Assembly (NCBI GenBank): GCA_000004985.1
Contig: GG739094.1
Length of the DNA stretch: 8,049 nt
Reading direction: 5' to 3' (one strand)
Source: Naegleria gruberi
Lineage: Eukaryota
The notes below the pieces were generated by a model. The model was not told the origin of the DNA. It ran no database searches and saw nothing but the letters and a program-made list of their open reading frames with translations. Both the position numbers and the translations under genes were made by a program. Position 1 is the stretch's first letter. Each line of letters opens with the position of its first letter. Of the stretch, positions 1 to 7,044 are shown one piece after another.

Positions 1-904
1 TGACCAGCATTACCAAAAGACCAATGCAAACAAGTGCCACAATGAAACAAGAAATACCCTTCCAAATATTGTAGAATGGTCTTGTTTGAAAAAAAGCTGC
101 ATTACATTCCTTTTCCCATCCATGTGATTGAGTCAAGTTGAAAATTTGAACCACTTCGAATAGTTGCTCCTCCTTCAGAAATGGAGCCGTGTAAGACTCA
201 TTTCTCGAAAATTTAACAAACTCTTGTAGTCCAGTATTTTTCTTGAACACTATTTGCACAATAGTTTTACCATTCAAACGTGGCAATAGGGTATTATCGA
301 TGTTGAGTTTAGTTGTCAATTGAATAGGATAAAAGGAGTTCAATTGCAAGTCCTGATGGGTTAATTCACTCCTATTAGAATTGAAAATTAAATTCTCCAA
401 TTTAGTAGCTGGTCGACGACACTCTTCAAAATGTGTCTGATTCCTGTAAATGATACACACTGAATACGAATATTCTCCAAACGTATCCAAATTCCTAGGT
501 AAATAGCTAACATGATTGCAGAAAAAGTAATAGGGAACATTAACAAGCATGCCACTAGGAGTAGTTGTTAAAGTTTCTGAAGGTGTGACTGAAGTAAGAA
601 ACGAAATTCCATGACAAATAATAGTCCTATCAATACTTGATGATTTTAGTTGAAATTTCATGTTACTCATCATTGATTGATTAACACCCCCTGAAAGAAT
701 TAAATCCCATTCCACTCGTACAGGTCCAGTCACTAGACAATTATTAAATAAATTCGTAGAAATCCCAGCAGTAGCCTCCACCATCATCACATTTTCCAAC
801 ATTAATAAATTAAATATCCAATAATAACAAATTATATTGACAATAATTCCAGATATTGCTCCTCCCTTTTGATGATGATTATATTTCCTGTTGTTCGTTA
901 TCAT
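1..904 (-). CDS. Hypothetical membrane glycoprotein, 5'-complete and 3'-truncated by the window start. 301 codons are visible, beginning MITNNRKYNHHQKGGAISGIIVNIICYYWIFNLLML... and ending ...NIWKGISCFIVALVCIGLLVMLV before running off at position 1.
   Basis: Hand translation of the minus strand with codons on + coordinates 2-4, 5-7, ... 902-904. There is no + strand tta/cta/tca triplet in this frame from 2 to 966. The first ATG is at 904-902 and an upstream in-frame stop (+ tca) lies at 968-970. Hydrophobic stretches sit at about aa 16-36 and aa 283-301. Between them are five N-x-S/T sequons (NQS, NQT, NRS, NES, NLT) and six Cys. The supplied ORF track does not list it, evidently because it has no stop inside the window. 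No family assignment was possible without a search. Confidence 0.6.
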   Translation of the reverse strand, partial: MITNNRKYNHHQKGGAISGIIVNIICYYWIFNLLMLENVMMVEATAGISTNLFNNCLVTGPVRVEWDLILSGGVNQSMMSNMKFQLKSSSIDRTIICHGISFLTSVTPSETLTTTPSGMLVNVPYYFFCNHVSYLPRNLDTFGEYSYSVCIIYRNQTHFEECRRPATKLENLIFNSNRSELTHQDLQLNSFYPIQLTTKLNIDNTLLPRLNGKTIVQIVFKKNTGLQEFVKFSRNESYTAPFLKEEQLFEVVQIFNLTQSHGWEKECNAAFFQTRPFYNIWKGISCFIVALVCIGLLVMLV

Positions 905-1037
905 TTCTCTCCGATAAAAATCATAAGAAAAAACACACAAGCAGCACCCGATGCTGTCTCTTTGATTTCAGCACAGTCGCCACACAATCCAAAATTGTTG
1001 TGGGTGGCCCTGTTTTTGCTTATTCGTAGTGTGGAGC

Positions 1038-1046
1038 TTTTTTTTT
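1038..1046. promoter_or_regulatory. A T9 tract (A9 on the minus strand) inside a T/G-rich stretch gtgtggagctttttttttgtgtgtttgatttgtggttttg, about 135-165 bp upstream of the gene A ATG.
   Basis: Read directly from the sequence. Homopolymeric poly(dA:dT) tracts are known nucleosome-excluding promoter elements in budding yeasts. A function here is inference. Confidence 0.3.
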
Positions 1047-1119
1047 GTGTGTTTGATTTGTGGTTTTGCAGAGACATAATTGGCAGAATATCATACACGA
1101 ATGGGCATGTTCCCAACCC

Positions 1120-1133
1120 GATATGATCATATC
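1120..1133. repeat. Perfect 14-bp palindrome gatatgatcatatc.
   Basis: The reverse complement equals the sequence itself, checked base by base. It lies 70 bp downstream of the gene B stop and about 215 bp upstream of the gene A ATG. Confidence 0.5.
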
Positions 1134-1161
1134 TCACTGTTTACATGTTTAATGGAACAAA

Positions 1162-1179
1162 CTTGAGAATCTTGAGAAT
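1162..1179. repeat. Tandem duplication of the 9-mer cttgagaat, two exact copies.
   Basis: Positions 1162-1170 are identical to 1171-1179. It lies in the presumed 3' UTR of gene B, 22-40 nt downstream of the stop on the minus strand. Confidence 0.5.
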
Positions 1180-1200
1180 TAAATTGATGTTTTATTTGAG

Positions 1201-1675
1201 TTATAAGAGAGTAGCTCTTTCACCAGAGACACGTTTGTAATTCCTTACAAACATGACAACGGTCACAATGAGTAAGGCAACTGCAAAGATTAAGAAGAGA
1301 GCACATAGGGAAATAATGATACCAAAGAAGGCCTTACCAACTTTCATATCTTCTGAAATCACACAAGTATTCTTTGAGGCATTGTAATCATAACCATCAT
1401 CACAAGCGAATGGACAATTGTTGGTAGTGGATGAGTTGGTGTAGACTGCATTTTCAGCTGGCTTATTAGTACAAGCAGTACAGGAAAGTTGACCTGGGTT
1501 ATATTCACCAATGGCACATGGAATGCAGTTCTTCTTTTCAGCAGAGAAACCAAATCCAGGATTACAGCTGGTCAAGATACAGGTTGGAACATATTTACCA
1601 GTGTTGGTATTACAATTTTGAACACCTTGTCCATTGGTCAAGTTACATGCCTTGGTTTGCCATTTAGCACAAATA
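1201..1675 (-). CDS. C-terminal fragment (157 codons plus stop) of a cysteine-rich single-pass membrane protein. The N-terminal remainder lies in the N-run. The fragment reads ICAKWQTKACNLTNGQGVQNCNTNTGKYVPTCILTSCNPGFGFSAEKKNCIPCAIGEYNPGQLSCTACTNKPAENAVYTNSSTTNNCPFACDDGYDYNASKNTCVISEDMKVGK, then the TM helix AFFGIIISLCALFLIFAVALLIVTVVMFV, then the tail RNYKRVSGERATLL*.
   Basis: The TAA stop is at + 1201-1203 (tta), confirmed by hand. There are 13 Cys in 104 ectodomain residues. C-x2-C-x2-G-x-Y-type modules occur (CIPCAIGEY, CPFACDDGY), the hallmark of furin-like, ephrin-receptor-like (GCC2_GCC3) or growth-factor-receptor Cys-rich repeats. There are three N-x-S/T sequons. A 29-residue hydrophobic helix is followed by a 14-residue charged tail, which reads as a TM segment rather than a GPI signal. 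Codon usage is strongly yeast-optimal (ggt, cca, ttg, caa, acc/act, gct, tgt, aag, ttc, tac). Confidence 0.75.
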
Positions 1676-4600
1676 NNNNNNNNNNNNNNNNNNNNNNNNN
1701 NNNNNNNNNNNNNNNNNNNNNNNNNNNNNNNNNNNNNNNNNNNNNNNNNNNNNNNNNNNNNNNNNNNNNNNNNNNNNNNNNNNNNNNNNNNNNNNNNNNN
1801 NNNNNNNNNNNNNNNNNNNNNNNNNNNNNNNNNNNNNNNNNNNNNNNNNNNNNNNNNNNNNNNNNNNNNNNNNNNNNNNNNNNNNNNNNNNNNNNNNNNN
1901 NNNNNNNNNNNNNNNNNNNNNNNNNNNNNNNNNNNNNNNNNNNNNNNNNNNNNNNNNNNNNNNNNNNNNNNNNNNNNNNNNNNNNNNNNNNNNNNNNNNN
2001 NNNNNNNNNNNNNNNNNNNNNNNNNNNNNNNNNNNNNNNNNNNNNNNNNNNNNNNNNNNNNNNNNNNNNNNNNNNNNNNNNNNNNNNNNNNNNNNNNNNN
2101 NNNNNNNNNNNNNNNNNNNNNNNNNNNNNNNNNNNNNNNNNNNNNNNNNNNNNNNNNNNNNNNNNNNNNNNNNNNNNNNNNNNNNNNNNNNNNNNNNNNN
2201 NNNNNNNNNNNNNNNNNNNNNNNNNNNNNNNNNNNNNNNNNNNNNNNNNNNNNNNNNNNNNNNNNNNNNNNNNNNNNNNNNNNNNNNNNNNNNNNNNNNN
2301 NNNNNNNNNNNNNNNNNNNNNNNNNNNNNNNNNNNNNNNNNNNNNNNNNNNNNNNNNNNNNNNNNNNNNNNNNNNNNNNNNNNNNNNNNNNNNNNNNNNN
2401 NNNNNNNNNNNNNNNNNNNNNNNNNNNNNNNNNNNNNNNNNNNNNNNNNNNNNNNNNNNNNNNNNNNNNNNNNNNNNNNNNNNNNNNNNNNNNNNNNNNN
2501 NNNNNNNNNNNNNNNNNNNNNNNNNNNNNNNNNNNNNNNNNNNNNNNNNNNNNNNNNNNNNNNNNNNNNNNNNNNNNNNNNNNNNNNNNNNNNNNNNNNN
2601 NNNNNNNNNNNNNNNNNNNNNNNNNNNNNNNNNNNNNNNNNNNNNNNNNNNNNNNNNNNNNNNNNNNNNNNNNNNNNNNNNNNNNNNNNNNNNNNNNNNN
2701 NNNNNNNNNNNNNNNNNNNNNNNNNNNNNNNNNNNNNNNNNNNNNNNNNNNNNNNNNNNNNNNNNNNNNNNNNNNNNNNNNNNNNNNNNNNNNNNNNNNN
2801 NNNNNNNNNNNNNNNNNNNNNNNNNNNNNNNNNNNNNNNNNNNNNNNNNNNNNNNNNNNNNNNNNNNNNNNNNNNNNNNNNNNNNNNNNNNNNNNNNNNN
2901 NNNNNNNNNNNNNNNNNNNNNNNNNNNNNNNNNNNNNNNNNNNNNNNNNNNNNNNNNNNNNNNNNNNNNNNNNNNNNNNNNNNNNNNNNNNNNNNNNNNN
3001 NNNNNNNNNNNNNNNNNNNNNNNNNNNNNNNNNNNNNNNNNNNNNNNNNNNNNNNNNNNNNNNNNNNNNNNNNNNNNNNNNNNNNNNNNNNNNNNNNNNN
3101 NNNNNNNNNNNNNNNNNNNNNNNNNNNNNNNNNNNNNNNNNNNNNNNNNNNNNNNNNNNNNNNNNNNNNNNNNNNNNNNNNNNNNNNNNNNNNNNNNNNN
3201 NNNNNNNNNNNNNNNNNNNNNNNNNNNNNNNNNNNNNNNNNNNNNNNNNNNNNNNNNNNNNNNNNNNNNNNNNNNNNNNNNNNNNNNNNNNNNNNNNNNN
3301 NNNNNNNNNNNNNNNNNNNNNNNNNNNNNNNNNNNNNNNNNNNNNNNNNNNNNNNNNNNNNNNNNNNNNNNNNNNNNNNNNNNNNNNNNNNNNNNNNNNN
3401 NNNNNNNNNNNNNNNNNNNNNNNNNNNNNNNNNNNNNNNNNNNNNNNNNNNNNNNNNNNNNNNNNNNNNNNNNNNNNNNNNNNNNNNNNNNNNNNNNNNN
3501 NNNNNNNNNNNNNNNNNNNNNNNNNNNNNNNNNNNNNNNNNNNNNNNNNNNNNNNNNNNNNNNNNNNNNNNNNNNNNNNNNNNNNNNNNNNNNNNNNNNN
3601 NNNNNNNNNNNNNNNNNNNNNNNNNNNNNNNNNNNNNNNNNNNNNNNNNNNNNNNNNNNNNNNNNNNNNNNNNNNNNNNNNNNNNNNNNNNNNNNNNNNN
3701 NNNNNNNNNNNNNNNNNNNNNNNNNNNNNNNNNNNNNNNNNNNNNNNNNNNNNNNNNNNNNNNNNNNNNNNNNNNNNNNNNNNNNNNNNNNNNNNNNNNN
3801 NNNNNNNNNNNNNNNNNNNNNNNNNNNNNNNNNNNNNNNNNNNNNNNNNNNNNNNNNNNNNNNNNNNNNNNNNNNNNNNNNNNNNNNNNNNNNNNNNNNN
3901 NNNNNNNNNNNNNNNNNNNNNNNNNNNNNNNNNNNNNNNNNNNNNNNNNNNNNNNNNNNNNNNNNNNNNNNNNNNNNNNNNNNNNNNNNNNNNNNNNNNN
4001 NNNNNNNNNNNNNNNNNNNNNNNNNNNNNNNNNNNNNNNNNNNNNNNNNNNNNNNNNNNNNNNNNNNNNNNNNNNNNNNNNNNNNNNNNNNNNNNNNNNN
4101 NNNNNNNNNNNNNNNNNNNNNNNNNNNNNNNNNNNNNNNNNNNNNNNNNNNNNNNNNNNNNNNNNNNNNNNNNNNNNNNNNNNNNNNNNNNNNNNNNNNN
4201 NNNNNNNNNNNNNNNNNNNNNNNNNNNNNNNNNNNNNNNNNNNNNNNNNNNNNNNNNNNNNNNNNNNNNNNNNNNNNNNNNNNNNNNNNNNNNNNNNNNN
4301 NNNNNNNNNNNNNNNNNNNNNNNNNNNNNNNNNNNNNNNNNNNNNNNNNNNNNNNNNNNNNNNNNNNNNNNNNNNNNNNNNNNNNNNNNNNNNNNNNNNN
4401 NNNNNNNNNNNNNNNNNNNNNNNNNNNNNNNNNNNNNNNNNNNNNNNNNNNNNNNNNNNNNNNNNNNNNNNNNNNNNNNNNNNNNNNNNNNNNNNNNNNN
4501 NNNNNNNNNNNNNNNNNNNNNNNNNNNNNNNNNNNNNNNNNNNNNNNNNNNNNNNNNNNNNNNNNNNNNNNNNNNNNNNNNNNNNNNNNNNNNNNNNNNN

Positions 4601-6920
4601 NNNNNNNNNNNNNNNNNNNNNNNNNNNNNNNNNNNNNNNNNNNNNNNNNNNNNNNNNNNNNNNNNNNNNNNNNNNNNNNNNNNNNNNNNNNNNNNNNNNN
4701 NNNNNNNNNNNNNNNNNNNNNNNNNNNNNNNNNNNNNNNNNNNNNNNNNNNNNNNNNNNNNNNNNNNNNNNNNNNNNNNNNNNNNNNNNNNNNNNNNNNN
4801 NNNNNNNNNNNNNNNNNNNNNNNNNNNNNNNNNNNNNNNNNNNNNNNNNNNNNNNNNNNNNNNNNNNNNNNNNNNNNNNNNNNNNNNNNNNNNNNNNNNN
4901 NNNNNNNNNNNNNNNNNNNNNNNNNNNNNNNNNNNNNNNNNNNNNNNNNNNNNNNNNNNNNNNNNNNNNNNNNNNNNNNNNNNNNNNNNNNNNNNNNNNN
5001 NNNNNNNNNNNNNNNNNNNNNNNNNNNNNNNNNNNNNNNNNNNNNNNNNNNNNNNNNNNNNNNNNNNNNNNNNNNNNNNNNNNNNNNNNNNNNNNNNNNN
5101 NNNNNNNNNNNNNNNNNNNNNNNNNNNNNNNNNNNNNNNNNNNNNNNNNNNNNNNNNNNNNNNNNNNNNNNNNNNNNNNNNNNNNNNNNNNNNNNNNNNN
5201 NNNNNNNNNNNNNNNNNNNNNNNNNNNNNNNNNNNNNNNNNNNNNNNNNNNNNNNNNNNNNNNNNNNNNNNNNNNNNNNNNNNNNNNNNNNNNNNNNNNN
5301 NNNNNNNNNNNNNNNNNNNNNNNNNNNNNNNNNNNNNNNNNNNNNNNNNNNNNNNNNNNNNNNNNNNNNNNNNNNNNNNNNNNNNNNNNNNNNNNNNNNN
5401 NNNNNNNNNNNNNNNNNNNNNNNNNNNNNNNNNNNNNNNNNNNNNNNNNNNNNNNNNNNNNNNNNNNNNNNNNNNNNNNNNNNNNNNNNNNNNNNNNNNN
5501 NNNNNNNNNNNNNNNNNNNNNNNNNNNNNNNNNNNNNNNNNNNNNNNNNNNNNNNNNNNNNNNNNNNNNNNNNNNNNNNNNNNNNNNNNNNNNNNNNNNN
5601 NNNNNNNNNNNNNNNNNNNNNNNNNNNNNNNNNNNNNNNNNNNNNNNNNNNNNNNNNNNNNNNNNNNNNNNNNNNNNNNNNNNNNNNNNNNNNNNNNNNN
5701 NNNNNNNNNNNNNNNNNNNNNNNNNNNNNNNNNNNNNNNNNNNNNNNNNNNNNNNNNNNNNNNNNNNNNNNNNNNNNNNNNNNNNNNNNNNNNNNNNNNN
5801 NNNNNNNNNNNNNNNNNNNNNNNNNNNNNNNNNNNNNNNNNNNNNNNNNNNNNNNNNNNNNNNNNNNNNNNNNNNNNNNNNNNNNNNNNNNNNNNNNNNN
5901 NNNNNNNNNNNNNNNNNNNNNNNNNNNNNNNNNNNNNNNNNNNNNNNNNNNNNNNNNNNNNNNNNNNNNNNNNNNNNNNNNNNNNNNNNNNNNNNNNNNN
6001 NNNNNNNNNNNNNNNNNNNNNNNNNNNNNNNNNNNNNNNNNNNNNNNNNNNNNNNNNNNNNNNNNNNNNNNNNNNNNNNNNNNNNNNNNNNNNNNNNNNN
6101 NNNNNNNNNNNNNNNNNNNNNNNNNNNNNNNNNNNNNNNNNNNNNNNNNNNNNNNNNNNNNNNNNNNNNNNNNNNNNNNNNNNNNNNNNNNNNNNNNNNN
6201 NNNNNNNNNNNNNNNNNNNNNNNNNNNNNNNNNNNNNNNNNNNNNNNNNNNNNNNNNNNNNNNNNNNNNNNNNNNNNNNNNNNNNNNNNNNNNNNNNNNN
6301 NNNNNNNNNNNNNNNNNNNNNNNNNNNNNNNNNNNNNNNNNNNNNNNNNNNNNNNNNNNNNNNNNNNNNNNNNNNNNNNNNNNNNNNNNNNNNNNNNNNN
6401 NNNNNNNNNNNNNNNNNNNNNNNNNNNNNNNNNNNNNNNNNNNNNNNNNNNNNNNNNNNNNNNNNNNNNNNNNNNNNNNNNNNNNNNNNNNNNNNNNNNN
6501 NNNNNNNNNNNNNNNNNNNNNNNNNNNNNNNNNNNNNNNNNNNNNNNNNNNNNNNNNNNNNNNNNNNNNNNNNNNNNNNNNNNNNNNNNNNNNNNNNNNN
6601 NNNNNNNNNNNNNNNNNNNNNNNNNNNNNNNNNNNNNNNNNNNNNNNNNNNNNNNNNNNNNNNNNNNNNNNNNNNNNNNNNNNNNNNNNNNNNNNNNNNN
6701 NNNNNNNNNNNNNNNNNNNNNNNNNNNNNNNNNNNNNNNNNNNNNNNNNNNNNNNNNNNNNNNNNNNNNNNNNNNNNNNNNNNNNNNNNNNNNNNNNNNN
6801 NNNNNNNNNNNNNNNNNNNNNNNNNNNNNNNNNNNNNNNNNNNNNNNNNNNNNNNNNNNNNNNNNNNNNNNNNNNNNNNNNNNNNNNNNNNNNNNNNNNN
6901 NNNNNNNNNNNNNNNNNNNN
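1676..6920. other. Run of 5245 N: an assembly gap or hard-masked segment. Its content is unknown.
   Basis: Read directly from the sequence. The length is not a round number, so it may reflect an estimated or real span rather than a placeholder. This is inference. Confidence 0.95.
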
Positions 6921-6985
6921 TCACAACTCAATTCCTTAATTGAATTTCAGTTGTCGAATCAAGGATCCAATTAAGATGTTGGCAG

Positions 6986-7011
6986 CCCGCCAAAAGTTAA
7001 ACCCGCCAAAA
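6986..7011. repeat. Two exact copies of cccgccaaaa in direct orientation, 16 bp centre to centre.
   Basis: Positions 6986-6995 equal 7002-7011, checked base by base. They form a GC-rich island in an AT-rich region, 34-59 bp upstream of the gene C ATG. The second copy runs into ccaaaatttgg, which is nearly palindromic. Confidence 0.5.
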
Positions 7012-7029
7012 TTTGGGCATTTTGAAATT

Positions 7030-7038
7030 AAAAAAAAA
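7030..7038 (+). promoter_or_regulatory. An A9 tract immediately upstream of the gene C start, in the context aaaaaaaaatagaggATGg.
   Basis: Read directly from the sequence. A-rich leaders with a purine at -3 are typical of yeast start contexts. The in-frame TAG at 7039-7041 bounds the ORF. Confidence 0.3.
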
Positions 7039-7044
7039 TAGAGG

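Larger units (their letters stand above)
905..1200 (-). promoter_or_regulatory. Intergenic spacer of 296 bp between two tandem minus-strand genes. It must hold the 3' UTR and terminator of the cysteine-rich gene and the promoter and 5' UTR of gene A.
   Basis: It lies between the stop of gene B (1203-1201) and the ATG of gene A (904-902). It is AT-rich with T/G-rich runs. Sub-elements are listed separately. Confidence 0.5.
1100..1200 (-). terminator. Presumed 3' UTR and polyadenylation region of the cysteine-rich gene.
   Basis: On the minus strand the stop is followed by ctcAAATAAAAcatc (the + strand ttttattt at 1190-1197). It is AT-rich and contains TA-rich elements (atatgatcatat). Yeast 3'-end signals are degenerate, so this is positional inference only. 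Confidence 0.3.
6921..7044. promoter_or_regulatory. The 124 bp upstream of the gene C ATG, likely promoter and 5' UTR. It is a divergent intergenic region if the gene B start lies just inside the gap.
   Basis: No ATG-initiated minus-strand ORF enters the gap from here. It contains an inverted repeat at 6923-6954, a GC-rich direct repeat at 6986-7011 and an A9 tract at 7030-7038 directly before the ATG. Confidence 0.4.

Noticed and set aside
869-880. UGAUGA (C-box-like) in ttgatgatgatt, suggesting a C/D snoRNA.
   Set aside because: It lies inside the gene A coding sequence on the opposite strand. No D box (CUGA) or terminal stem is found at a plausible distance.
869-1137. Small ORFs at 869..1126 + (85 aa) and 901..1137 - (78 aa).
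   Set aside because: They lie in the intergenic or promoter region between two tandem minus-strand genes and have low-complexity, non-protein-like composition. The + one overlaps the start of gene A on the opposite strand. They are most likely chance ORFs.
1204-1330. The C-terminal hydrophobic stretch of gene B as a GPI-anchor signal.
   Set aside because: The hydrophobic segment is 29 residues and is followed by a 14-residue charged tail. GPI signals end in the hydrophobic stretch, so a transmembrane helix is the better reading.
1676-6920. The N-run hiding an LTR retrotransposon, since about 5.2 kb is Ty-like in size.
   Set aside because: A genuine coding sequence (the gene B C-terminus) runs directly into the left edge of the gap, so at least part of it is ordinary gene sequence. 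There is no LTR-like sequence at either visible edge. This cannot be excluded for the interior.
1201-6943. Four very long ORFs from the supplied track (1201..6924 -, 1489..6939 +, 1634..6943 +, 1664..6931 -) with proteins made mostly of X.
   Set aside because: They exist only because N translates to X and can never produce a stop, so any frame entering the N-run stays open. Their starts at 6924 and 6931 are alternative starts (gtg, ttg) a few bases from the gap edge. Only the real 3' portion of the minus-strand ORF (1201-1675) is credible. The + strand ORFs overlapping 1489-1675 are antisense to that real coding sequence.
6948-6962. A tRNA B-box-like sequence gttgtcgaatcaagg.
   Set aside because: It does not match the GGTTCGANTCC consensus well. 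There is no A-box at appropriate spacing and no cloverleaf-compatible flanks.
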